A stretch of 64,000 bases of DNA from positions 273,268-337,267 of the forward strand of contig CAWCKJ010000012.1 in the NCBI GenBank assembly GCA_963796105.1, written 5' to 3'. The position numbers and the translations under genes were made by a program. The stretch is from a candidate division FCPU426 bacterium. Lineage in GTDB: Bacteria; Oederibacteriota; Muellerivitia; Muellerivitales; Muellerivitaceae. Of the stretch, positions 37,673 to 48,166 are shown piece by piece (the first letter of the stretch is position 1; each line of letters begins with the position of its first letter). The notes under the pieces are model-generated. The model saw only the letters and a list, made by a program, of their open reading frames with translations, made no database searches and was not told where the DNA came from.

Positions 37673-39832
37673 TTATTTTTTATAAATTTCAAGGTATGCC
37701 GACTGGGGAACCCAGGATAAAACCAGATTCTGTCCTTTCCAATGATAAGGAACCTTTATTTTTAAGGGCCTGCCGTCAATATCCAGAGCTCTTACCTTCA
37801 GCCTGGCATCACTTTTGAACCGGTACAAGACAAACTTTGCATTGAGGGGTTCCATCAATACCGGCTCATGGCCCAGGTTCAGAACCTTGGTCTTGGCTTT
37901 GTTGTAAACCATTCCGGTGTTTTCCACACGGGTCATCCCCGATAAAAGGATGTGGTCAGACAATGATATCCCCTTGGACGTTAAGGAAATCATGGCAATG
38001 GAGGCGTAGGCATTGGGAGTTTCCAAGGCCCAATAGGCATTGTTGAACTTGCGGTGACCCAGAAACCCGGCCAAGGCCTGAAACCGGGGGGACTCCACCT
38101 TCACGACACCCACATTCCCCTTCCAGGTGATCTGGCCCGTATCCGATACGAAGGTTTTCAATTGCGGTTGAATCTTGGCTTTCAAGCCTCCAACCGCGTC
38201 GGTAGTAAATGTTGGATTTCCATTATTCATTCCGGATTTGTGGGCCAATGCTTTTAACGCCGAGGATAAATCCATCATGGGCGTGGATTTGGCCTCGGCC
38301 AGAACGTTAACTTTGCCTTCTTTCAAATCGCCCCGCAAAAAAGCCAAGGAAGCCAAAGGCCATTGGGTCCAAAGCTGGAGTTTGTTTAATAGATCAAAAT
38401 CCGCGGTCATTATCCCTGAGTCTAAACCTGAGATTTCGCCCTCAGCGCCCGCAGCCCAACCCTGGAAAACTGAAAATGCCGAATGGATGATCGGCAAGCC
38501 GGATAGGTATTCATTCGGCCAGGACGCGTTTATAATCGCGCCAAAAGGTTTTCCCAATTGGTTTTGCAGGACCATTCCGAGGATGGGGTTTGTTTCGGGT
38601 TGGGTCACCATGGGAGTATCATCCATCCGAATCACGGTCCCGCCTGAGGAGTAAACAGGCTCACTTTTAACATTCCCCAGAACCAACAATTCCTCCGGAA
38701 CAATGGCCGCATCGGTAATGGAATTTACAGGGGCGAGAGTAGGCTCAGCCCCTGCCAGGGATACCCGTTTTAAAGTGAGGTATATCCCTTTTGATTTAAA
38801 TAGGCCCAACAATAAACTCAACGCCTTGTTATCTTCCTGACTGGGCGCTTTTGGCCAATCCAAGACGGCCCAATTACAGCCGGCTGAGGCCAGCCGGAGA
38901 ACCAATCCGGAAAGCTGGGTTTCAGTCAGGGAAGGCCAGGAAGACGCCAATTCCACGCCCCAAAACCTGGCGGGTGTGCCGTCTTCGAAAACCAATTCCC
39001 CGCCCTTTGATTGAACAGCCCCATGCTTGCCAGCCGGGGCGTCCAGAAGAAAACTCATATCTATCGCGGATCCCGCCAGGGGTTCAGAAGCCTGTCCTAT
39101 CGTGATCCAGCCGGTGGTATCGGTCTGGATTGTTTTTTCGGGTTTGGGGGAATCAGGGGACACGGCGGTTTCCGAGTCGGCGGCGGTGATTGCCAGCAAA
39201 ATAGGCACCGGCATCCTGGAGCGGGATTTAAACAGGATGGATTGGATGGCTACATCCGGCCTTGGGTTCACCCAGGGAAAAAGTCCCACCCCCATCTCAG
39301 CGTTTTTGTATTTATGCCACCAGGCCAGGTCATTTTTCGGGGTGTCGTCGGCGCCCCAAAAGTTGGTCAATTCCATGCCCACCTTCATGGGGACCGTGAC
39401 GGAGAGCCCGTCCTGGTATAGGACATCGTACTCTGCCACCACGATGTCGGAAGCGGTCCCGCCCCAACGGCAGGTTTGGAGGAAAAACAGCTCCTTGACC
39501 TTGAGATCACCCGCCGGCAGGAGGACTCCTTCCGGAAAGGCCGGCTTGTTCCTGCCCTTGAGAACCACGAATGAGCGTCCGTTGTTCTTGGAAGGGTCTA
39601 AGATCTCAAATGGAATGCCCCTGAGGGTTTGGGAACCAACCGGCAGGTCCTTCAAGGCGTTCTTTTCGGCTGTGGTTTGAACCCCTGGGACGGCCTCATC
39701 GAAAGACTCGTCGGGTCCCATGTTGGCGGCCTTGGACAAGTCTAAGAAACGAAACCCGGCCTGCAGGGGGCCAGCGGACGCCCAGGCCCAGAACAATGCC
39801 GTCAAAATCTTGAACAAAAGCTTTCGGGACAT
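37673..39832 (-). CDS. Secreted glycoside-hydrolase-like/carbohydrate-binding protein
   Basis: Signal peptide; DMSFLLDAPAGKHG...DGTPARFWGV segment typical of TIM-barrel GH N-termini. Confidence 0.6.
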   Translation of the reverse strand: MSRKLLFKILTALFWAWASAGPLQAGFRFLDLSKAANMGPDESFDEAVPGVQTTAEKNALKDLPVGSQTLRGIPFEILDPSKNNGRSFVVLKGRNKPAFPEGVLLPAGDLKVKELFFLQTCRWGGTASDIVVAEYDVLYQDGLSVTVPMKVGMELTNFWGADDTPKNDLAWWHKYKNAEMGVGLFPWVNPRPDVAIQSILFKSRSRMPVPILLAITAADSETAVSPDSPKPEKTIQTDTTGWITIGQASEPLAGSAIDMSFLLDAPAGKHGAVQSKGGELVFEDGTPARFWGVELASSWPSLTETQLSGLVLRLASAGCNWAVLDWPKAPSQEDNKALSLLLGLFKSKGIYLTLKRVSLAGAEPTLAPVNSITDAAIVPEELLVLGNVKSEPVYSSGGTVIRMDDTPMVTQPETNPILGMVLQNQLGKPFGAIINASWPNEYLSGLPIIHSAFSVFQGWAAGAEGEISGLDSGIMTADFDLLNKLQLWTQWPLASLAFLRGDLKEGKVNVLAEAKSTPMMDLSSALKALAHKSGMNNGNPTFTTDAVGGLKAKIQPQLKTFVSDTGQITWKGNVGVVKVESPRFQALAGFLGHRKFNNAYWALETPNAYASIAMISLTSKGISLSDHILLSGMTRVENTGMVYNKAKTKVLNLGHEPVLMEPLNAKFVLYRFKSDARLKVRALDIDGRPLKIKVPYHWKGQNLVLSWVPQSAYLEIYKK

Positions 39833-39836
39833 GATC

Positions 39837-40559
39837 TCAGGGATGCTTTTTCGAGCGGTAGTAATCGGCGACAATCTTCACAGCTTCTTCCGGCTTGTCG
39901 GCCAAATGGAAAATATCCAGGTCCTCCGGGTTGACGTATCGATTCTCCTTGAGAACGACATCCTTGATCCATTGGATGGCTCCGCCCCAGAATTCCCGGC
40001 CCATCAGGATGATGGGGAAAGGGTCGATCTTATGGGTCTGCACCAGCGTCAAGGTCTCGAATAGCTCGTCCATGGTCCCAAACCCGCCTGGAAGGACCAC
40101 CACCGCCGAGGTATAGCGCAGGAACATGACTTTGCGGATGAAGAAATAATGGAAGTTGATGGGCAGGTTGACGTAGGGGTTTGATTTCTGCTCGAACGGC
40201 AGTTCGATGTTGCATCCCACTGATTTCCCCCCCGCTTCCAGAGCGCCACGGTTCGCCGCCTCCATGATACCCGGCCCCCCGCCCGTGATGACGGTGTAGC
40301 CTTTTTTGGAAAGCCTCCTGGAAATTTCCCGGGCCAGCTCGTATTCCCTGGACCCCACCTGGGTCCTGGCGGAGCCGAATACCGTGATGGCGGGCCTGAC
40401 TCCCCTCAAATTCTCGAAGCCCTCGAAAAACTCCGCCATGATCCGGAACATGCGCCAAGCGTCCTGTTCCTTGAACTCATTGGCGATGTTGGGATTCATC
40501 CCGGCGGGATAGACGCCTGGGATTTTCTTGTGGTTTTTTTTCGCGGTCTTCTTCGGCAT
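39837..40559 (-). CDS. LOG family protein (TIGR00730-like)
   Basis: VFGSAR, TGGGPGIMEAANRGA, PGGFGTMDE. Confidence 0.92.
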   Translation of the reverse strand: MPKKTAKKNHKKIPGVYPAGMNPNIANEFKEQDAWRMFRIMAEFFEGFENLRGVRPAITVFGSARTQVGSREYELAREISRRLSKKGYTVITGGGPGIMEAANRGALEAGGKSVGCNIELPFEQKSNPYVNLPINFHYFFIRKVMFLRYTSAVVVLPGGFGTMDELFETLTLVQTHKIDPFPIILMGREFWGGAIQWIKDVVLKENRYVNPEDLDIFHLADKPEEAVKIVADYYRSKKHP

Positions 40560-40580
40560 GGATTCTCCTCTCTATTTCGT

Positions 40581-41018
40581 CTATCGAATCACGGCTTCCG
40601 GTTTATCCAAGCTGGCGTCCCGGATTCTTCCGGCATGGTCCGTGATCATTTCAGGCAGATCACTGATGTTGAAATAGCGCGCTTCGCTGGTCTCATCGCT
40701 GGCGGTGAGATTCCCTCCCGTGGCCCGGCAAAGGAAAGATACCCTAACCGTGTGCCACTCGGGCCCCTGCCGGATATGGAGAGAGTTCCCGGGATCGGAG
40801 TAAACCCCTACAAGCCTCACCACTTCCGCCTCCAAACCCGTCTCTTCCCGCAGTTCCCTTAAACAAGCCTCCGAGAGGGTTTCCCCGAGTTCCACATGCC
40901 CCCCTGGGATGCACCAGAGGCCATTATCCGTTCTTTTGGCTAAAAGCACCTCGTTTTTTCCCTTGAGCACAATGGCATTAACGGCGAGCTTGGGGGAAGT
41001 GAGGGGTTTATGGGGCAT
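40581..41018 (-). CDS. NUDIX hydrolase
   Basis: Nudix box GGHVELGETLSEACLRELREETG. Confidence 0.92.
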   Translation of the reverse strand: MPHKPLTSPKLAVNAIVLKGKNEVLLAKRTDNGLWCIPGGHVELGETLSEACLRELREETGLEAEVVRLVGVYSDPGNSLHIRQGPEWHTVRVSFLCRATGGNLTASDETSEARYFNISDLPEMITDHAGRIRDASLDKPEAVIR

Positions 41019-41111
41019 CCATGACTCCGAATCCTCCTGGATCAACCGCCTTTATTTAAAAGCGGGCCGATTGATCCGAAAAAGGCGCGAACGACTGCAT
41101 TGTCCTGAAAC

Positions 41112-41142
41112 AAAAAATCCCGCGCCCATAAGGACGCGGGAT
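41112..41142 (-). terminator. Rho-independent terminator after rpsI
   Basis: atcccgcg...cgcgggat stem followed by T6 on the minus strand. Confidence 0.75.
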
Positions 41143-41174
41143 GGAGAATCAATTGAGTTCGTTCCCGGTGAATA

Positions 41175-41570
41175 TTAACGTTTCGAGAACTGGAACCGTT
41201 TGCGTGCTTTTTTCCGTCCGTACTTCTTGCGTTCCACCATGCGCGGGTCGCGCGTCATGAAGCCTGCCACCTTCAGGGAATGCCTCATCTCGGGGTCTAT
41301 TTTCACCAGCGCCCTCGCGATGCTGTGCCTGAGGGCCTCCGCCTGCCCGTTGACGCCGCCGCCATGGACATTGGCGGTGATATCGTACTTGTTCACGGCT
41401 GAGACAACCTCCAGCGGGGACTTGGCTATCGAAATCTTCATCTCGGGAAAAAATTTCTCAATCGGCTTTCCATTGACCTCAAACTGGCCTTTACCCGGCC
41501 GTAAAATCACCCGGGACACGGATGTTTTCCGACGGCCCGTGGCCATGAACTGCTCTTTCGATGCGGTCAT
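41175..41570 (-). CDS. rpsI: 30S ribosomal protein S9
   Basis: TGRRKTS, GGGVNGQA, RDPRMVERKK, QFSKR. Confidence 0.98.
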   Translation of the reverse strand: MTASKEQFMATGRRKTSVSRVILRPGKGQFEVNGKPIEKFFPEMKISIAKSPLEVVSAVNKYDITANVHGGGVNGQAEALRHSIARALVKIDPEMRHSLKVAGFMTRDPRMVERKKYGRKKARKRFQFSKR

Positions 41571-42028
41571 TATTCCCCTCCCCTTTTGGCGTTATAAACC
41601 AGTTCCAGGGGTTGGGGGCGCTGGGCTCCATGGTTATGGGTTTCCCCCCTGTAGATATTCACCCGGCTGAACATCTTTTCCCCTTGGGATGTTTTCGGAA
41701 GCATTCCGCGGATGGCATACTCCAATATCCGCTCCGGCTTCTTGTAGCGGAGGACCTTGTATTCTTCCGTGGAAAGTCCGCCCGGCCTCCCGGAAGTGCG
41801 GTGATGGGCCTTGGTCGCCCACTTGTTGCCGGTCAACACGATCTTCTCGGCGTTGATGATGACCACATGATCGCCGTTTTCCACGTGGGGCGTGAAGGTG
41901 GGCTTGTGCTTTCCCCTCAAGATGGCGGCAACCTGGGAAGTCAAACGGCCCAGGACTTGGTCCTTGGCGTCCACCAGCCACCACTTGCGTTGTATGTCTT
42001 TTGTCGTCGGCAAATAAGTCTTTTGCAT
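41570..42028 (-). CDS. rplM: 50S ribosomal protein L13
   Basis: WWLVDA, LGRL, LRGKHKPTFTPH, GMLPK. Confidence 0.98.
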   Translation of the reverse strand: MQKTYLPTTKDIQRKWWLVDAKDQVLGRLTSQVAAILRGKHKPTFTPHVENGDHVVIINAEKIVLTGNKWATKAHHRTSGRPGGLSTEEYKVLRYKKPERILEYAIRGMLPKTSQGEKMFSRVNIYRGETHNHGAQRPQPLELVYNAKRGGE

Positions 42029-42170
42029 GAAAATAACCGGATCCTTTTTTAGAGCCCCATTCAAAATAGAGGCTTTTCTCAACAAGGTGTTGAATTATAA
42101 GGTTTTTCAAAGAGGTGTCAAGAACTCTAAACCCCATAAAAAACCGGAACATGCGCGCGGGCAAAGGGTT

Positions 42171-43430
42171 TTAGGCCATCCTGAGTTTTAAGTTCCCGTT
42201 CACCATCGCGAAAGAGACAGTCCCCTTGTAACCGATCACATGATCCAGGATGCCAGAATCCCCTTTTCCCCTGCCAGGGGAGGGAATACCAATCAGATCC
42301 GCCAGGAACCCTGGCCTGATTTGGCCCAATTGGAAGCCCTTACCGATGGCTCGAGCGGCATTCACAGTCACCATGGACAGGATTTCCTGGGGGGAAACAT
42401 CCGGGTGCTCTTCCCGGAACAATCTCATCTCCCTGAATAGGGAAAGGGATTGGTTGCTGGCCAAGCTGTCGGTTCCCAGGCACAGGGGTATTCGGTGCTT
42501 CCTCATTTGCTTAAATCGGAAAGGAGGATGCTTGAAGAATCGGTGGCTTCCGGGGCAATGAACTACCGCCACACGGTTTTTGGACAAGAGCCTCAAATCT
42601 TTGCTGTCCACTATGTTCAAATGCACCGCCAAATTCAGTTTAGGGAGCCATCCCAAACCATTGACATATTGAACCGGTGTGGTTTGGATAGGAATCGGCC
42701 ATTGCGGGTTCAAGAGCCGGACCCTCTCCGCGATGGGTCCTTTCCCATTCTTAAAGTAAGCCGCCTCTTCCCTGCTTTCGGATAAATGAAGGCTGGTTGG
42801 TATGTTCCCCTTTAGATTCAAATAATCCCCGGCCAATTTGAAAAGTTCCTTGGAAACAGTGAAGGGGGTATGGGGACTTAAACCCCATTGAACGATTTCA
42901 CCGGCATGATGCGTTCGGTCGAAATCGCGAAGTCTCTCCAGTAATTGTTTCCAGTATTTCAAGGGGTTGGACAAATCCAAGTCCAGCATTTCAATAAAAA
43001 CAACCGAGCGGAGCCCCGATTCCCTTAACCGGCCTAGACTTTGCCCTCTGGTGGATATGTCGCAGAGGGTCGTGGTGCCGTAGGCTATGCTTTCCCGTAT
43101 TCCCTTATCCACCCCCTTTCGGTAATCCAGGGGGGGCGTTTGTTTGGCTATGGCTCCCATTCTTTTGAGCCAATCCCGGAATCTTCCCCGATAAGGAACC
43201 TTTCCCTTGAAAAGGGTGTAATCCAAGTGGCAATGCGCGTTGATCAATCCCGGTAAAAGAATCGTGTTCCCCAAGTCGAGGAGCCGAACCGCGGGGTGCG
43301 AGAACAGGTTCCGGCGCTGGCCTACCTGAAGAATTCGATTGCCTTGAATCATCACGAAACCGTTCTCAATGGGCTGGGGACGGTCCTGGGTGACGATATA
43401 TTTGGCGAAGAGCATCAAACGTTGATTCAT
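42171..43430 (-). CDS. Amidohydrolase-family deaminase (aminofutalosine or MTA/SAH deaminase-like)
   Basis: PGLINAHCH, SPHTPF, HLSES, HCPGS, LGTDSLASN. Confidence 0.85.
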   Translation of the reverse strand: MNQRLMLFAKYIVTQDRPQPIENGFVMIQGNRILQVGQRRNLFSHPAVRLLDLGNTILLPGLINAHCHLDYTLFKGKVPYRGRFRDWLKRMGAIAKQTPPLDYRKGVDKGIRESIAYGTTTLCDISTRGQSLGRLRESGLRSVVFIEMLDLDLSNPLKYWKQLLERLRDFDRTHHAGEIVQWGLSPHTPFTVSKELFKLAGDYLNLKGNIPTSLHLSESREEAAYFKNGKGPIAERVRLLNPQWPIPIQTTPVQYVNGLGWLPKLNLAVHLNIVDSKDLRLLSKNRVAVVHCPGSHRFFKHPPFRFKQMRKHRIPLCLGTDSLASNQSLSLFREMRLFREEHPDVSPQEILSMVTVNAARAIGKGFQLGQIRPGFLADLIGIPSPGRGKGDSGILDHVIGYKGTVSFAMVNGNLKLRMA

Positions 43431-43583
43431 GGCTCTAGATTAACAGGACCCTCCTTAATACAGAAGAGAGGCTTATCACGCCTTGAGCCAGGTTTCCCCA
43501 GATAAAACAACCCTGGCAGGTTTGCGAGCTTCCCCATCAAGTTTGGCCCCAAAGATAGCGCCGAATAAAGTACAATTCCGGCC

Positions 43584-44876
43584 ATGCTTGATAACACGTT
43601 TTCACGGAACCTTTTCCACCTGACCAGCGTCCTGACGGCTTGGTTTCCCCGGGCCGGGGCCTGGCTATTGGACCTCGCTTTCATTCCCCTCATTGGCAAT
43701 CGACCCTTAGCCCGGTTCATCTTTAACCGGAACCTCCGGATCGCCAAAAGCGTCAAGGAATACAAAAAAATCCTGGTCGTATCGGACATTCATATCGGGG
43801 ACGCCATCCTGGCGTCGGGAAGCGTATCGGCGTTCCGGAACTTCTTCCCCAACGCCCAGATCGACTATGTGGTCAAGAAATCCGTGGCTTGTTTTTTCGA
43901 GGGTCATCCCGAGATCACGAAACTCTACCCCATCTTCACCGGCGGGCAATACCCCAACGAAAGCGACCTGGAATCAGTCCGGAAACTCACCTTGGAAAAC
44001 CACTACGATCTCTGCATGAATTGCTGTCCTTTCCTTGGGGACCAGCATATTTTTCCCAAAGGCCAAAAGGTGATGAATATGATGACCGCGGCCCCTGAAA
44101 TTCTTTGGAACCTGCGGGCCAAGACGGGAACCTGTCATTTCATGTATCAGTCTTACGGCCTCCCCTACAAGATTCTCTCGAAAATCACGGACGCTAACAA
44201 TCCTGGAACTTATAAGGGCGGGACCATCGTTCTCTCGAAACGGGCCACAGAGGAAGCTAAATCATTCTTAGAAAATAGTAAAATTCCACACGGCATTCCA
44301 GTCTTCTTCCTCAACCCCGACGCGGCCTCGCCCTATAACCGGGTTCCTTTCGAGAACCAATTGGAGCTTTTAAAAGGATTATTGAAGTTGAAAGGGCACG
44401 TGATACTCGGGTCCGGGTTCACCGCGAAAGGGATTGAAAAACAACTGTTGGAAAAACTGGGGAATGTTGAAAAAAACGGGATTACGATAGTTCCAAACAC
44501 TATGTCGCTGGATGGCTACGCAGCCTTGATTGACTCCACTGATTATTTCATCTCGGCCGACACAGGGCCGCTTCATATCGCGGCGGCCAGGAAATTACCC
44601 GCCCCTGGAAATACCCCCTTCAGGAACAGGACTTTCGTGATCGCGATTTTCGGCGCCACCAACGCCCGCATGTCGGGGTACGACTCCACCGACCCCCTAT
44701 TCCCAGCCGCCAACCAGGACGCGCCCTCGAGAACCTATGTCTCCGAAAGTCCATGCCGAAACATCACTTGCATGAACAAAATGGCTAAAACCTGCGAAAA
44801 AGTCAGGTGCTTTGAGTTTCTGGATACCGGAAAAATATTCTCGGACATCCAGTCTCACTTGGGTCAAATGTCCTAA
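43584..44876 (+). CDS. Glycosyltransferase family 9 (heptosyltransferase-like)
   Basis: HIGDAIL, DTGPLHIAAA, AIFGAT. Confidence 0.88.
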   Translation: MLDNTFSRNLFHLTSVLTAWFPRAGAWLLDLAFIPLIGNRPLARFIFNRNLRIAKSVKEYKKILVVSDIHIGDAILASGSVSAFRNFFPNAQIDYVVKKSVACFFEGHPEITKLYPIFTGGQYPNESDLESVRKLTLENHYDLCMNCCPFLGDQHIFPKGQKVMNMMTAAPEILWNLRAKTGTCHFMYQSYGLPYKILSKITDANNPGTYKGGTIVLSKRATEEAKSFLENSKIPHGIPVFFLNPDAASPYNRVPFENQLELLKGLLKLKGHVILGSGFTAKGIEKQLLEKLGNVEKNGITIVPNTMSLDGYAALIDSTDYFISADTGPLHIAAARKLPAPGNTPFRNRTFVIAIFGATNARMSGYDSTDPLFPAANQDAPSRTYVSESPCRNITCMNKMAKTCEKVRCFEFLDTGKIFSDIQSHLGQMS

Positions 44877-44922
44877 ACTCAGCCGGATTTCCCCATGTTT
44901 GTTGTAAGGGGAAACCCCCATC

Positions 44923-47145
44923 TCAGGGGAAAGGTAATGAATGGCGCGACTCCAAATAATGGGTGATAAGCCAGGCAGCGGATGTGTGATTATCTCGAAA
45001 TGCCATCGCTTTCTTGAGGGCCATTCCCGCTTTTTCAAAATCACCCAATTCGAGATAAACCACTCCCAGACGGTTGTAAAGGTGCGCTTCCGGCACACCC
45101 AGTTTTAAGGCCTTTTGCAGGGGTTCCACCATTTCCCCGCACCTCCGGTTCATAAAAGCGATGTGGGCCTTCTTTTCCCAAAAACAGGATTCTAGGAATG
45201 GATCACCTTTAAATTGCGGATAAAGCCGATCCAAGCGCTCAGAAAGTATACCAGCTTTATTGGGCAGTAAATTTTCAAACACATCACCGGCAAAAACATG
45301 CATGGACTTTTCAGCCTTCACCCACCGCTTAAGAAGGGGTAGTCGATTGGCCGTCACAGGAATGATTCCGGCCATTAATCCCCCATCTTCCCGGAAAACA
45401 TCCGAAGCCAGCCAATTCCATTGAGCCGCCGGAAAAAGACGGGACAAATAATCTTTATAGTGAACATTGCAAAGAATTCCCGCCCAAGGCACCCGGGGCA
45501 CTGGTGCCTTTGGATTCTCCAAAGCGTTGAACTCCCAGGAGGCTATGGATAAGGTCTGGTCGTGGATATCATCCACTAGATCCGCCAGGATAAGCCCGGG
45601 ACCCCATTGGCTTTGGGCATGGTCGAATATTTGAAAAGCCCTTTGCCTTTCCAAGGACTTGCAGTTAAACCAAGGGTCGTGGGCGGGAATCCACCATTGA
45701 TGATAGACTCCGAATAGATGGTAGGCGTCGAGACTAACGGAAAGACTCATCATCGCGAGCGCTAAGGCGCCGAAACGAATTTTTCTCAACGCCGCATGGA
45801 TGAAAAGCAGTCTTGCCCCAATAACGGCCAGAACCAAAAAAAACGGAATTAACTGTACCATTCTCATATATTCTTCCCCCCGGCTCAAGCCTTGGGGCAG
45901 CCATAACACCAAGCCGATGAAAGGCAGGATCTTTAACCAACCATGGAATCTTAAACGCCAAAGATCAAGCAGCCCTAGGAAAATGAGGGCGCCCAAAACC
46001 GGGTTGAAAAAGCCGCCCCAGAAAGGCTTATAGGCAAAGCCGGCGGATGGAGCGGGGCCCCAAAAAAAGGCAGAAAGAATTGAAAGCTGGGCTTTGAAAT
46101 AGTTGTTATCTGGCAAACTGTGAAAAATGGATAACCCGACCAGATAAGTCTTATCCGCACACCGTATGAAATTCCAGGCCAGCGGGGCCAATACCAACCC
46201 CGCCGCCAATGTAAAAACGATCAGGGGTTTGACGCTTTTTGGTTTATTTCGCAGCAAGTCCCAGACCAAGGCAAGGAAAACGATAATGGCTACCACGGGC
46301 CAATTGAAATAAATGTAAAATCCGCTGCCGACAACCAAGCCCAAACAAGCAGCGATTAAAACGAGGAATTTTTCTGCCGATTTTTCGAGAAAATACGCAA
46401 GCAAAGTAAAGACAAGTCCCATCCAAAAAAGCAAAAGAGTTCCGGGGGTGACGAATCGTCCGCAATAAATTGGCCAATAACCGAGCCCCATAACAGCCAG
46501 GAAAATAATACTGAAGGATTCGCTGAAAAATATTCGGACGGCCCAAAAGAAAAAAATCAATGCGGCAAGCGAAAAAATCGCCGTGAACAGCCAGAACGTC
46601 TTAAGAGAAACGCCGAAAGCCGTGAAAAAAGATCCCAGCCCACAGATTAAAAGGGGAGGATAGCCATTGAAAAAATAAAGCCACCTTGGAGGCTCCCCTT
46701 CCATCAGGCGCAAAGCCTCATAACCGAACATTCCCTCATCCGTGATAGGCCACACCGATAGAGCCTTTAATTCCCAAAAACGCAGGAACACAGCAGGTAC
46801 CAAGAGTAGCATTCCCCATTTCAACCAGCGGGAGGGTAAGAATTCATCCCGAAACGGGAGGAGATCGCTTTTATCCGCCATTTGGATAGTATGCGAACCA
46901 GGTTGAATGTGTGGTTCCTTAGGTAAAACGGAGCGTTGGCTCAAGGAATCCCAACAAGTTATGAGAAATGGGATCAATATACCCAGGACACCAATCCAGA
47001 TCTTTTGGGAAAATGGCAGCGAGAAGTAAGAAAGGAGAGCATTGGAAAAACAGAATGATCCGAATAAAACCCACGGATGAAAGGAGATTTGACTCTTGGA
47101 TGCAAGAAAGGCAAGCCCTGGACTTTTCTTATTCATCCCATTCAT
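44923..47145 (-). CDS. ArnT/PMT-like membrane glycosyltransferase with C-terminal TPR
   Basis: LRFWEL...TDE motif after the early TM segments, many TM helices, terminal TPR. Confidence 0.72.
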   Translation of the reverse strand: MNGMNKKSPGLAFLASKSQISFHPWVLFGSFCFSNALLSYFSLPFSQKIWIGVLGILIPFLITCWDSLSQRSVLPKEPHIQPGSHTIQMADKSDLLPFRDEFLPSRWLKWGMLLLVPAVFLRFWELKALSVWPITDEGMFGYEALRLMEGEPPRWLYFFNGYPPLLICGLGSFFTAFGVSLKTFWLFTAIFSLAALIFFFWAVRIFFSESFSIIFLAVMGLGYWPIYCGRFVTPGTLLLFWMGLVFTLLAYFLEKSAEKFLVLIAACLGLVVGSGFYIYFNWPVVAIIVFLALVWDLLRNKPKSVKPLIVFTLAAGLVLAPLAWNFIRCADKTYLVGLSIFHSLPDNNYFKAQLSILSAFFWGPAPSAGFAYKPFWGGFFNPVLGALIFLGLLDLWRLRFHGWLKILPFIGLVLWLPQGLSRGEEYMRMVQLIPFFLVLAVIGARLLFIHAALRKIRFGALALAMMSLSVSLDAYHLFGVYHQWWIPAHDPWFNCKSLERQRAFQIFDHAQSQWGPGLILADLVDDIHDQTLSIASWEFNALENPKAPVPRVPWAGILCNVHYKDYLSRLFPAAQWNWLASDVFREDGGLMAGIIPVTANRLPLLKRWVKAEKSMHVFAGDVFENLLPNKAGILSERLDRLYPQFKGDPFLESCFWEKKAHIAFMNRRCGEMVEPLQKALKLGVPEAHLYNRLGVVYLELGDFEKAGMALKKAMAFRDNHTSAAWLITHYLESRHSLPFP

Positions 47146-47235
47146 GTGGTGAATTCTACCACAATGAGTGTTTATACCTATTCGTAATAATTAGGGATAA
47201 AACAGCCATGAAGCCTACGACCCAGCCCATTCCGA

Positions 47236-48135
47236 TCATCTCGTTACGTATTTTTCCATCTTCGCGAACTTGTCAAAGGGCTTCCGGTCCGTGGAAATCC
47301 TGCCCCTTGTCCTTAAAACTTTTAGCTCCTCGTTGGTAGGCTGCACAAGAAACTGCGAGGGCGTGAAATAATCGAAGGTGATCCCCTGCTTTTTCAACTT
47401 TCGAACGTTGGATTCCATGATTTTCAAGGAGGCCGGTTTCATGGAGCCGATGCGGTAGGTCCAGCCCATTCCAAAGCATGGCATATCGACCCTGGCCGTC
47501 AGGATATTAGGGAAAACTAAATGGAAGGTCTTATAGATCGTGGCGAAGGACTCAGGGAAAAGATAGTAATTGTCCGTGTGGATGCCGATAAGCCCGTTGG
47601 GTTTTAATCTCTTTTTACAAAGCCTGTAGAACTCCTGTGTGTAAAGTTTCTTGGAAGGGCCGTGGGGCTCGGTCAGGTCGATGATCAAGACATCAAAAGC
47701 CTCGGTGTCGATTTTCATCCGCTCCCTGGCGTCCTCATAGACAATTTCCACCCGGGGATCCTTGAGGCATTTCCTGATTTCAGGGTAGTTTTTTCGGCTG
47801 AAATCCACCACTCCCTTGTCTATTTCCACCATCAAGATCCGCTTCAGGCTTTTAAATTTGACGGCTTCCTCGATAGCGAAACAATCCCCTCCTCCGATGA
47901 TACAAATGCTCTTGGGGTTCGAGTGGGCCAACAGGGGCGCCGAAACTAAATATTGGTGGTAGCGGTTCTCATCCCCCTGGCTGATCTGGATTTTCCCATC
48001 CAGGAAAAGAAGGGTCCCGTAAGTTTGGTTCTTGAAAATTTCCACGGATTGGAACGGAGTCTTGCCCCGGAACAAGGACTTTCCCTTGTAAACATGGCCA
48101 AAGGTATTGGTGGTCCATTCGGTTTTAATTGACAT
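47236..48135 (-). CDS. speE: Polyamine aminopropyltransferase (spermidine synthase family)
   Basis: TPFQ, LDGKIQ, IIGGGD, VEID, DVLIIDLTEP, LYTQEFY. Confidence 0.88.
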   Translation of the reverse strand: MSIKTEWTTNTFGHVYKGKSLFRGKTPFQSVEIFKNQTYGTLLFLDGKIQISQGDENRYHQYLVSAPLLAHSNPKSICIIGGGDCFAIEEAVKFKSLKRILMVEIDKGVVDFSRKNYPEIRKCLKDPRVEIVYEDARERMKIDTEAFDVLIIDLTEPHGPSKKLYTQEFYRLCKKRLKPNGLIGIHTDNYYLFPESFATIYKTFHLVFPNILTARVDMPCFGMGWTYRIGSMKPASLKIMESNVRKLKKQGITFDYFTPSQFLVQPTNEELKVLRTRGRISTDRKPFDKFAKMEKYVTR

Positions 48136-48166
48136 CCATTTCTCCTTGAAAAATGCCTGATAACAA

